DNA of 64,000 nt from positions 1,364,001-1,428,000 of the forward strand of contig OZ251230.1 in NCBI GenBank assembly GCA_965240325.2. Direction: 5' to 3'. The notes beneath the pieces are model-generated. The model searched no databases. It had not been told where the DNA came from and saw nothing but the letters and a program-made list of their open reading frames with translations. Position 1 is the first letter of the stretch; the number at the start of each line of letters is the position of its first letter. Below, piece by piece: positions 32,820 through 42,043 of the stretch. The DNA comes from Rebecca billardiae RCC1528 (lineage: Eukaryota; Protista; Haptophyta). The position numbers and the translations under genes were made by a program.

Positions 32820-33601
32820 ATGATCGGCGCGCACGCATGACGATCGGCGCATGATGATCGGCGCGCGCGCATGATCGGCGCATGATGATCGGCGCGCGCG
32901 CATGATGATCGGCGCGCGCGCATGATGATCGGCGCGCGCGCATGATGATCGGCGCATGATGATCGGCGCGGGCGCATGATCGGCGCATGATCGGCGCATG
33001 ATGATCGGCGCGCGCGCGTGATCGGCGCATGATGATCGGCGCGGGCGCATGATCGGCGCATGATCGGCGCGTGATGATCGGCGCGCGCGCATGATCGGCG
33101 CATGATCGGCGCATGATGATCGGCGCGGGCGCATGATCGGCGCATGATCGGCGCATGATCGGCGCATGATCGGCGCATGATCGGCGCATGATGATCGGCG
33201 CGCGCGCATGATCGGCGCATGATGATCGGCGCGGGCGCATGATCGGCGCATGATCGGCGCATGATCGGCGCATGATGATCGGCGCGCGCGCATGATCGGC
33301 GCATGATGATCGGCGCGGGCGCATGATCGGCGCATGATCGGCGCATGATCGGCGCATGATCGGCGCATGATCGGCGCATGATGATCGGCGCGCGCGCATG
33401 ATCGGCGCATGATGATCGGCGCGCGCGCATGATGATCGGCGCATGACGATCGGCGCGCGCGCATGATCGGCGCAAGATGACCGGCGCGCGCGCATGATGA
33501 TCGGCGCGCGCGCATGATGATCGGCGTGCGCGCGTGATGATCGGCGCGCGCGCATGATGCTCGGCGCATGTTGACCGGCGCGCGCGCATGATGAGCGGCG
33601 C
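32820..33601. repeat. Composite minisatellite, about 50 units of (ATG)1-2 ATCGGCGC (GCGCGC/GGGCGC)0-1
   Basis: Directly visible; mostly 11-, 14- and 20-bp units with higher-order ordering and more degenerate edges. Confidence 0.97.
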
Positions 33602-33736
33602 GGACGGTGGCGCGCGGCGCCGCCACCCGCCGCCGCGGCGTCGAAGGCAGCAGCAGCGAACGCCGATGGTTCTTGGCTGGGCCAGGCGAGCATGCCGGGG
33701 GCACGCAGCAGGCGTGCACGATCGGCACTAGCAGGG

Positions 33737-34759
33737 TCAAGGGGCAGGTCGGCCGGCTGAGTCAGCACTGCTGACCCGCCCCGCTGGCTGCTGAGCGGCG
33801 GCGACCGGGCGTTCAGGGCAGGCCGTGCTGATCGCCGGCCGCCGCGAAGGACGCGGCGGCCTCATCCCGGGCACGATCTTGGTCGGCTTGGCCGACGGCG
33901 GCAGACCCGCGGCGCGCAGCGTCGAGCAGTAGAGCTGGAATGCCCGATCGAGGTCCCCCCGGTGCGAGCTCCACCCGAAACCGTCATCGACAAAATTCTT
34001 GAGCTTGAAGCGCAGCTCCCCCGACCAGCGCGCCACGAACGCGTGCCGCAGCAGATCTGAGAGCCGGCAAAACAGGAACGGCGCGGACGCGGCGCCGAAG
34101 GGGAGCGAGGTGTACACGTAGTAGGCGCCCTCCCACCAAATGCAGAGCAGCCACAGATCCTCCGGGCGCACGGCGACGCGCGTGTATGCCGCGTCGATGT
34201 CCACCTTGAAGATCCAGGTGCCGGGGGTCAGATCGGCCAGGAGCTCGTCCAGCGACTCAAAGGTGAACCGCGGCGCGCGGATGTCGGCGTTCACGCCCGA
34301 GGCCGTCATGTCCACGATGAGGCGGAAGTCGTCCTCGTCCTTCGGTACGCAACCGAGCGGCGACACCGCCACTGGCCGCGGCAGGGGCCGGCCGCCGCGC
34401 GCCGGCCCCGCCAGCACGCCCGATGACACATACTCGGCGAGCCGCGCGCGCACAAACTCGGGCTGCGCCAGCGAGGAACGGTGGTTGGGACGGAACCGCG
34501 ACACGCGCGCGCCGCGGTAGAGCAGATCGACGCCGTCACGCAGCTCCACGGACAGGTCAACGCCGGTGAAGGCATGGATGAAGGACGCCAGCGCCACGTA
34601 GTTGCGCTGCATGGCGTTGGGCACGAGACTGTGTGCGAGGTCAGCGCGCAGGCCGGTGCGCGCGACCATCTCGGCGGAGGTGATGGGCGGGCGAGTCATA
34701 GCGAGCGGCGCGCCGCGGAACGCGGCGGGCACCGACAGGGGATCTCGTCGCGCGCCCAC
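33737..34759 (-). CDS. DIRS-type reverse transcriptase, truncated after the catalytic core (no RNase H)
   Basis: NHRS, VSPLGCVPK, FRLIVDM, FKVDIDAAY, LPFGAASAPFLF, NFVDDGF; similarity is lost after KIVPG. Confidence 0.9.
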   Translation of the reverse strand: MGARRDPLSVPAAFRGAPLAMTRPPITSAEMVARTGLRADLAHSLVPNAMQRNYVALASFIHAFTGVDLSVELRDGVDLLYRGARVSRFRPNHRSSLAQPEFVRARLAEYVSSGVLAGPARGGRPLPRPVAVSPLGCVPKDEDDFRLIVDMTASGVNADIRAPRFTFESLDELLADLTPGTWIFKVDIDAAYTRVAVRPEDLWLLCIWWEGAYYVYTSLPFGAASAPFLFCRLSDLLRHAFVARWSGELRFKLKNFVDDGFGWSSHRGDLDRAFQLYCSTLRAAGLPPSAKPTKIVPGMRPPRPSRRPAISTACPERPVAAAQQPAGRVSSADSAGRPAP

Positions 34760-34765
34760 CGCCTC

Positions 34766-36763
34766 CTAGACGCGGCCCACGCCCGTGTGCTGCTGCACGT
34801 GCGCTGTCTCGGCGTGCGCGCCGGCCAAGTGGCCAAGGCTCCCGCACAGAGCGCACTTGGTGGCGTGCGCGAGCGTGAAGTTGTGCTGCATCTGCGCAGA
34901 CGGTTGGCCGCCGGCCGACCGGTACGCGGCGAACAGCGGGCACGCCGCCGCGGAGCAGTCGCCGAATAGCTGGTGCCGTAGGCAGCCGTGCGCGCGGAAG
35001 ACGCGGTGGTTGGCCTCCGAGAGCAGGGGCCGCCCGCTCGCGTCGCACACACCCCCGTACCGCGCCAGCTCGCGCGCCAGCGTCAGCGGCGGCACGCCCC
35101 CCGCAGAGGCGGCGCCCGGGAACGGTTGCGGCAGCGTCCGCGGCGGCCCGCCTGGCGGCGGGGGCGGCGGGCCGGGAGGCGGCGCCTGCGGCCCCGGCGG
35201 GTACGGCGCCGGTGTGTACGGCGCCGGCCCGGGCGCCCAGGCCGAACCCGCCGGCGGCACGTACGTGAGCGCGAGCGGCGCGGGCCCGGGCTGCGCCCCC
35301 TGTACCGGCGGCGCCGGCGGGGCCGGCGCTGCCGCCTGCAGCCCCTGCGGGTACGGCGCCGGCGGGCACAGCGCCGGGCGGGGCGCCCAGGACGATCCTG
35401 CCGAGGGTGCGCACGTGAACGAGAGCGGCACGGGCCCGTGCGGCGCCACCTGCATCGGCGCCGACCACGACCAGCAGCCCCACTCCGCTGCGCCGGGCGC
35501 CGCCCCGCCAAAGCCGGGCGACAGGTCCTGCACCATCAGCGACGGCGGCGGCGGCGGAATCGGCATGCTCCCACCGTAGACGCGCATCAGCGGGCGCATG
35601 GCAAACTTGTCATGGAAGGGGTTGTCGTTCTTGTAGCAGTCGAAGAACGGCTCCCGCCCGCCACCGATGCTCGCCACCAGCGCCGCCACGCCCGAGCGCG
35701 CGTCGAGCACCCGCCCGAGGCTCTCCGAGAATTCAGAGTGGAACTGTGCCGCCGCCCGCCAGTCGCGCGCCTCAGCGAGCTGCATCACGAAGCCCCTGTA
35801 CTCGCGCAGCACCTCGGCGTCACCCGCGCGCGTGCAGAAGCCCTCGGCCTGCTCGACGAGCAGTATGAAGTGGAGCTGGCTGAGGAGCTGGTAGGCCTCG
35901 CGCAGCTCGCCCTTCGTGTTGAAGTAGACGCTTCGATCGACCTGCGCGTGCGGCACCTCAGCCATGTTGAAGGACTCCCAGACGACCGAACCCGCCGCGT
36001 TCGCCGGCACGCCCAAGCCGCGCCGCATGGACGAAAACGCCCCGCGAGCCGGGAAGCTCGGCCTCCCCCCCCCGGTCCCACGGAGTTGGCCGCCCGCGCC
36101 GCCCGCGAGCGCGCAAGCGTTCGCGAACTCGTGCGCGGCCCCCGCAAGGAAGCCAGCCCCACCGAAGGGGACGGGATGCGGCACGAGCGAGCTGGGCGGG
36201 GCGAGGGGCGCCGCCGCGTCCGGCGCCGGCCGGACGCCCCAGGGCGGCGGCCGCGGCGGCGGGACAGAGGTGGGCCCCGTCGGTGCGCCGTCGGCGGGCG
36301 GCGCGCCCGAGTGGCCACCGACCGCCCCATCACCCGCACCGTTGCCGTGGACGCCGCGAAGGAAGTCAGTGAGGCTGTTCGCGAGGTCGGGTGGTAGGCC
36401 AGTCGGAATGCCCGGCTGGCCAGCGGGCGCGGCCGGGGGGGCGGGTGCCTGCGGCTGCGCAGCAGCCGCCGTCGACGCGGCGCCGGCCGCTCACCCGGGC
36501 GCGGGCGCGGGAGCAGCCCCCGCCGTCGTCCTGGCACCGGCCGCCGGCGCGGTCGCGGGCGGCGGCTGGACCGGCAGCGGGCCGAGCTGCTGCACCGGCG
36601 CGGCAGGCGGCAGGGTACTTGCTTGGCGGCCACCCGCGCGCCCACCCCGGCCCCGACCGCGGCCCCCGCCGCCGCGCCCACGAGCGCCGAGGACCTGCTG
36701 GTTGACGACGGCCGCTGCCGCCGCGCGGCGCCGCGACACGCGTTGGACTGCAGGCACCGCCAT
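34766..36763 (-). pseudogene. gag-like ORF1 with Pro-rich region and C-terminal Cys/His fingers; one in-frame TGA at 36491-36493
   Basis: ORF-track entries 36491..36961 and 34766..36184 share a frame and are separated by one TGA; ATG at 36763 lies just inside A1; C-terminal CLRHQLFGDCSAAAC...H...KCALCGSLGH. Confidence 0.7.
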
Positions 36764-36771
36764 GTCGGGAC

Positions 36772-37208
36772 GGCGGGAGGCGGAGGAGCGCAGCTGGTTG
36801 TCCGTGCGGCTGCTCGGCGCCAAGCGTGGCCCGTCGGCTGGGTTTGGTAGTCGGGCGGCGGTCCGGTCGGCGGTCGGGCAGGGCGAGGTGCGCCGTGCGG
36901 TCGGGCGGGAAAGCGGACGGCTGCTGGGCGAAACTCGCTCCTGTTCGCCAAAGCCGGTCACTGCCCGTCAACTCCCGGCGCGCGCTCACTTTTCTGCGGT
37001 CCGCGCCAAAAGCGAGCTGCCACACGCTCGGAACGCTGTCCGGGGGCGCGCTGCGAGCTCCGAGCTCCGAGCCCGTCCGGGCGGGGGTGCGGTCGGAGGG
37101 GCGCTGGAGGAGGGTATCGGGCGGCGGCGAAGCGGCGCCGGCAGTCATAACGCGATAACCGCCGCAGACTGCCAAACCCGCCACTCCCGTCGCGTCGGCC
37201 ATCGCCCC
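36772..37208. repeat. DIRS repeat A1 (element 5' end)
   Basis: Copy of 31632-32068. Confidence 0.95.
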
Positions 37209-37255
37209 GAAACCCTCGCGGCGGCGCGGTCGTCACGACGAGGCGGCCGGAGGCG

Positions 37256-40200
37256 ATGAGGCCGTGGCACGGCCCAGAGGACCTCGCCGGGCTGGGCGAG
37301 CAGCTCGTCGGCGGCTGGGCTGGCGCGCCCACGGCGGTGCTGATCGCCAGCGTGGCCGCACTCCTCCTTACCGCGCTCGCCCACCGCAGGCACGCGCTGC
37401 TTGCGCGTGCGCGTGCGTGGCGGGCGGCAGTCTCGGCCCGCGCGAGCGCGCGCGCGCGCAAGGCGGACTTCTTGGCGCGCGCCGGTGCCGACTACGGGTA
37501 CGGCGGATCACTTGCCGGCCACATCGATAGCTGGCGTGCGGCTGAGCTGCCCGCGCTCATCCCGCCCCTCGGCGCTCGGTCCCGCGCGCGGTCGCGCGCG
37601 CGCGGCACGTGCGCGCCCATCATCTACCTGGACTACGCTGGCGCCGCGCTGCCCGTGGCGTCCCAGCTACGCGAGGTGCACGCGCTTCTCGAGGGGTGCG
37701 CGTTCGGCAATCCGCACTCGAGCGGCCCGGCCGCCGCCGCCTCCGCGCGCGCCGCCGAGCGCGCGCGCCAGATGACGCTCCGGCTGCTGTGTGGTCCGGA
37801 CGCGCACAACTGGGAGTGCGTCTTCGTCTCGGGCGCGAGCGCGGGCCTGCGGCTCGTCGCGGAGGCGTTCCCGTTCGCGCAGGGCTCGCGCTTCGCCCAC
37901 GCGGAGGACGCGCACACCTCCGTCCTCGGCATGCGCCGCGTCGCCGAGGCCGCGGGCGCAGACGTGCGCTGTGTGCGCGCCGGCTCGGCCGCAGCGGACT
38001 GGGCGCGGCTCGCACCGCTCGCGTGCGCTGACGGCGCGGAGGCGCAGGAGGAGCAGGCGGCGGCGGAGCGGCGGCACCACCTCGCCGTGCTTGCGCTCGA
38101 GTCCAACTTTGACGGCCGACGCGTCGACCTCGCCGCGGTGAGCGCCGCGCTCCACGCGCGCGCGCCGCCGCGTACCGACCGATCACCCGGCGCGATGGCG
38201 GCAGCCGCTGCCGACGGCGACAGCGGCGCCGGCTGCCGCGCCGCGGATGACGGCGGTGGCCGACTGCCCGGCGCGAACGACCGGTGGTGGGTGCTCGCGG
38301 ACGTGGCGAAGGCGGCGAGCACCGGGCCGGTCGACCTCGGTGCCCTCGGCGCCGACTTCGCCGTCCTTTCGTTCTACAAGCTGTTTGGCGCGCCCACGGG
38401 CCTCGGGTGCGTGCTCGCGACGCGGCGCGGCGCGCGGCTGCTGCGCGCCGCGCGCGAGCGGGGCGGGTACTATGGCGGCGGCACGGTGTCTGCGGTGCTC
38501 GCACGCTCGAGCGTGGCGGTGCCGCGCCCGTCCTTCGCCGCGGCGTTCGCCGACGGCACGCCCCACTTCCTCGGCGCGCTGCAGCTGCCCGCCGGCTTTG
38601 GCGCCGTCGAGCGCATCGGCGGGTTTGGGGCGGTGTGTGCGCACACGCGCGCGCTCGGCGCGGAGCTGCGCGCGCGGCTGGGTGCGCTGCGGCACGCCGA
38701 CGGCTCGGAGGCGGTGGTGCTCTACGGCGCAGAGTGCGCGAGCTCGTCCATCGTCGCCTTCAACGTGCGCCTCCCGCGAGCCGCCGACCCGAACGCCGGG
38801 GCGGGCTGGGTGAGTGCTGCCGAGGTGGTGAGGCTGGCAGCGTGCGCGCGGCCGGCGCTGCAGCTGCGCTCGGGGTGCTTCTGCAACCCGGGCGCGTGCC
38901 AGGCGGCGCTCGGGCTGGACGACGAGGCGGTGCTCGCCTCGCTCGCCGCCGGCCACGTCTGCGGCGACGAGCGCGACCTCGACCCGCGCACGGGCCGGCC
39001 GCTCGCCGCCGTCCGCGCGTCGGTTGGCAAGGACTCGAGCTGGGAGGACGTGGACGGGCTGGTCCGGTTCGTCGCCCGGACTTTCGTGCTCGACGGTCCG
39101 GATGGGCGGGCGGAGGCGGCGGAGGGCGGCGCGGCGTCAGCGCGCGAGGAGGGCGCCGAGCCGGCGGCGCCGCCCTCCCCGCGCCCGCCGCCGCCGCACG
39201 TGCTCACCCAGCTGTACGTGCACCCACTCAAGTCGTGCGCGGCGCAGGCCGCGCGCCGGTGGCCGCTGTGCGCGCGCTGCGGCCGGCTTCGGTATGATCG
39301 CGAGTGGGCGGTGGTCGACGCGACGGGCGCGGCGATGCGGCTGCGGCAGTACCCGGCGCTCGCGCACATCCGGCCGAGCGTCGACCTGCGCGCGCGCACG
39401 CTCACGCTGCGGTGCGACAGCATGGCTGCGGCGCTCACTCTGCCGCTGGACGGCGAGGCAGGCGGCGCGGCGGGCGGCGCGGCGCGCGGCGCGGGGGGTG
39501 ACGGGCCGGGCGGCGATGCGCGCGTGCTCGATGCTGGGTGCGGCTGTGCCCGCCGGCCCAGCGCCGCGCGCGACGGCGGCGCCGCTGCGCACGCCGCGTG
39601 CGCGCTTCGGTGGGCCGCCGAGGGCGGCTGCTGCACCCCGGAGGGCGGCCCCTCTCCGGTCGGGTCAGCGGGCGCTCACGATCAGCCGCCGCAGCCGCCG
39701 CCGCAGCAGCAGCGGCCGGAGCGGCCGCAGCAGCCGGCGGCTCGCGCGCGGGCGGGCGGCGCGGCCGCGGCCATGCGCCATGCCGTCGAGGGCGAGACCG
39801 AGCCCGGCCTGAGCGTGTGTGGCGAGGCGTGCGCGGGGAAGCAGTGGGGCGGCAGCGCCGCCGCCGCGTGGCTCTCGGAAGCTCTGGGCGTGTCTTGCCG
39901 ACTGATGCGCGCCGCCGCGTCTGTGTCCAGCCTGGCAGAGCCGACCGCGCCCCCTGCGGCGCCCGGCGGCCTGGGCGGGGCGGCGGGCAGCAGCGCGAAG
40001 GCCGCACGCAGCCGCGGCGGTGCCGTCGAGGAGGAGGACGGGCCGCGCCGGCCCGATCCCGGCCGCGAGCGGCTGGCGTTCGCCAACGAGGCACCCCTCC
40101 TCCTACTCTCACAGCCAGCGGTCGACCGGCTCAACCGCGCGCTTGCCGCACGCGCCGCGCCCGCCGTGAAGGCACTCCACTTCCGGCCGAACCTGGTGGT

Positions 40201-40762
40201 GGCCCCGCTCAGCGCGGCGCGCGCGCGCGCGGCCGCGTGGGTCGCGCCGGCGCGCGCCGGCGCCGCCGCCGCGGGGCCGACGCACCCCGAGGACGGCTGG
40301 CGCTCGATCGAGCTCGCGTGCGTGCGCGGCGCAGACGCTGTCACTCCGCCGCCGCCCGCGGCGCCTGTCGACGCGCGGCTGAGGCTGCGCGTGACAGGCC
40401 CGTGCGCGCGCTGCGCCACGGTGGACGTGGACCCGACGCGCGGCGAGACGAACGGCGCCGCGCTACGCACGCTCGCGCGGTACCGCCGCGTGGGCCAGGA
40501 CGTGCACTTTGGCGTGTTCCTCGCGCCCGAGCGCCGCGCTGCGCGCGCGTCGGACACGTCGTCCGAGTCAGCAGACACGGCGGCCGAGGGCGGAGGGGAG
40601 GAGGCAGATGGAGGCGGCGGCGGTGCTGGCGGCGCGGGCGCGCGGCTGGGCGAGCAGCCGGCGGGCGCGGGTGCCGATGCCGAGGCGGACGCGGACGCGG
40701 AGGCGGAGCCGGGCGTGCTCTGGGTGCGTGTGGACACGTTCGCGCAGCCCTGCACCAGCTGA
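37256..40762 (+). CDS. MOCOS: Molybdenum cofactor sulfurase (NifS-like PLP domain plus MOSC domain) with hydrophobic N-terminal extension
   Basis: IYLDYAGAAL, FGNPHS, DFAVLSFYKLFGAPTGLG, LRSGCFCNPGAC, LYVHPLKSCAA, YDREWAVVD, FANEAPLLL, FRPNLVV, GPCARC. Confidence 0.93.
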   Translation: MRPWHGPEDLAGLGEQLVGGWAGAPTAVLIASVAALLLTALAHRRHALLARARAWRAAVSARASARARKADFLARAGADYGYGGSLAGHIDSWRAAELPALIPPLGARSRARSRARGTCAPIIYLDYAGAALPVASQLREVHALLEGCAFGNPHSSGPAAAASARAAERARQMTLRLLCGPDAHNWECVFVSGASAGLRLVAEAFPFAQGSRFAHAEDAHTSVLGMRRVAEAAGADVRCVRAGSAAADWARLAPLACADGAEAQEEQAAAERRHHLAVLALESNFDGRRVDLAAVSAALHARAPPRTDRSPGAMAAAAADGDSGAGCRAADDGGGRLPGANDRWWVLADVAKAASTGPVDLGALGADFAVLSFYKLFGAPTGLGCVLATRRGARLLRAARERGGYYGGGTVSAVLARSSVAVPRPSFAAAFADGTPHFLGALQLPAGFGAVERIGGFGAVCAHTRALGAELRARLGALRHADGSEAVVLYGAECASSSIVAFNVRLPRAADPNAGAGWVSAAEVVRLAACARPALQLRSGCFCNPGACQAALGLDDEAVLASLAAGHVCGDERDLDPRTGRPLAAVRASVGKDSSWEDVDGLVRFVARTFVLDGPDGRAEAAEGGAASAREEGAEPAAPPSPRPPPPHVLTQLYVHPLKSCAAQAARRWPLCARCGRLRYDREWAVVDATGAAMRLRQYPALAHIRPSVDLRARTLTLRCDSMAAALTLPLDGEAGGAAGGAARGAGGDGPGGDARVLDAGCGCARRPSAARDGGAAAHAACALRWAAEGGCCTPEGGPSPVGSAGAHDQPPQPPPQQQRPERPQQPAARARAGGAAAAMRHAVEGETEPGLSVCGEACAGKQWGGSAAAAWLSEALGVSCRLMRAAASVSSLAEPTAPPAAPGGLGGAAGSSAKAARSRGGAVEEEDGPRRPDPGRERLAFANEAPLLLLSQPAVDRLNRALAARAAPAVKALHFRPNLVVAPLSAARARAAAWVAPARAGAAAAGPTHPEDGWRSIELACVRGADAVTPPPPAAPVDARLRLRVTGPCARCATVDVDPTRGETNGAALRTLARYRRVGQDVHFGVFLAPERRAARASDTSSESADTAAEGGGEEADGGGGGAGGAGARLGEQPAGAGADAEADADAEAEPGVLWVRVDTFAQPCTS

Positions 40763-40777
40763 GCACGCGCTGGCTGA

Positions 40778-40806
40778 GACGGGCCAAGGGACTCCCTTGG
40801 ACGGGC
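40778..40806. mobile_element. Putative excision footprint of the CAAGGG foldback family
   Basis: gacgggc-caagggactcccttg-gacgggc: 15 bp of both element termini between an exact 7-bp direct repeat. Confidence 0.8.
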
Positions 40807-42043
40807 GCGCCCAGCCGCGCGCCGGCTGGCAGCGTCCTCGCCGGGCATGGATGGCGCTGGGCAAGGTGCTGGCGAAGGTGCGTGCACGCGGCTCACGCGG
40901 GGAGGGAGGCATCCCAACGCGCCACCCCAGCCGCGAGTGCGCCGCGCAGCCCGGCACGGCAGGGGGAGGGGCAGGGAGGGCGCACCGCACGGTGTGCGCG
41001 CGGGGATGAGGAGGCTGGGTGTGCGATGCCTCACGCAATGAGCGCTGATAGAACTCAATGGATCCTTCTGACCCGCCGCGCAGGCCGGACGCGCGGGGCT
41101 GGGGCGGGTGCGAGCGCCCTCGCACGAGCTGCACGCGCCAGCCGCGCGTGCGTGTGTGGCTCCCCTGCGCGCACGCACACGCACGCGGCGGCTCCCCGAG
41201 TGCGCGCGAGTGCTCACGCGTCGGGGTGCTGCCGCCCACTGCTGGCCAACCCCTGACACGGTCCGCCGGCGCACTCGCCCGGGCGCAGCAGGTGCCGCCA
41301 GCAGGCGAGCCAAGGCACACGAATGGCATTGACACAGCGCAACTTGTCCAGTGCCGCACTTGATGGGCTGATCAATCGGCCGTACCACGTGGCCATTGGC
41401 CCGCGTCCGACTCGATTAGCGCGGGCCGTTGGCTGTACTGTTAATTAATCGCAGGCGGCGCGCGCGCGCGCGTCCAGCGTCGCTGGCGTGGCACGACCAC
41501 AGCTGCCACAGCACTGCCTGCGTGAGCCTGAGACTCGGACGCGCCAGGTCCTGGCCGGGACGCGGGCTGAAGCGCGCCGGCGTCCGAACCCGTCGGGGCC
41601 GCGGAATATACGTGAGATTGCGTGTCTGGCGGACGCACAACGATCATTGAGACTCCACAGCGTTGAGCATTGTCCAGCGATTCACTCGGCTCAGTTCGAA
41701 GGCCAACGTGGCCCGCAGCGGCGACCTCTGATGCACTGCTTGCACGCCTTACATCCTCGCGCCCGCGACGTCCCAGACCACATTTCTCACGCCCGCGTGG
41801 CCGCTTCGGCTTCCTGACGCGCGGAAGATTTTGATATGGGGGATCGACAATGTTCGTCGCGGCTTTCTCGTCCGGCTCAGATCGCGGGAGAGGCACACCG
41901 GAACTCGCTGGGGCTGGTGTGCATCCCGCGTGGAGCTCCTCATTGCGCCCGTCCCCGTCTGGGCGCCGGCGTGCGGGGTGGACGAGTCGTGCGCGGTGTG
42001 CCGGGCGCTCATCCCTCATTGTGCCCTGGCGGGCGGGAGTAGG

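Larger units (their letters stand above)
31447..37208 (-). mobile_element. Tyrosine-recombinase (DIRS-order) retrotransposon with split direct repeats (Ngaro/PAT-like), internally decayed
   Basis: In element orientation: A1 (37208-36772), gag, RT, minisatellite, YR relic, B1 (32187-32068), A2 (32068-31632), B2 (31566-31447). No TSD seen. Confidence 0.9.

Noticed and set aside
32820-33601. CRISPR array next to a reverse transcriptase
   Set aside because: No unique spacers, units are only 11-20 bp and contiguous, no cas genes, and the context is a eukaryotic DIRS element.
32094-33768. Three long minus-strand ORFs (RRSSCADHAPIM repeats) as real genes
   Set aside because: They are open only because the minisatellite lacks stops on that strand.
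36449-36494. Intron removing the gag TGA (GTGAGC donor)
   Set aside because: The nearby CAG acceptors are out of phase with the donor and would frameshift.
24894-40762. Biosynthetic gene cluster around the NRPS-like gene
   Set aside because: Neighbours (SRCR, HXXEE, MOCOS, F-box-like) are not tailoring, PPTase or export genes; no evidence beyond proximity.
41394-41433. Hairpin ggcccgcg...cgcgggcc resembling the MITE tips
   Set aside because: An 8-bp GC stem is likely by chance at this GC content; no matching AT flanks.
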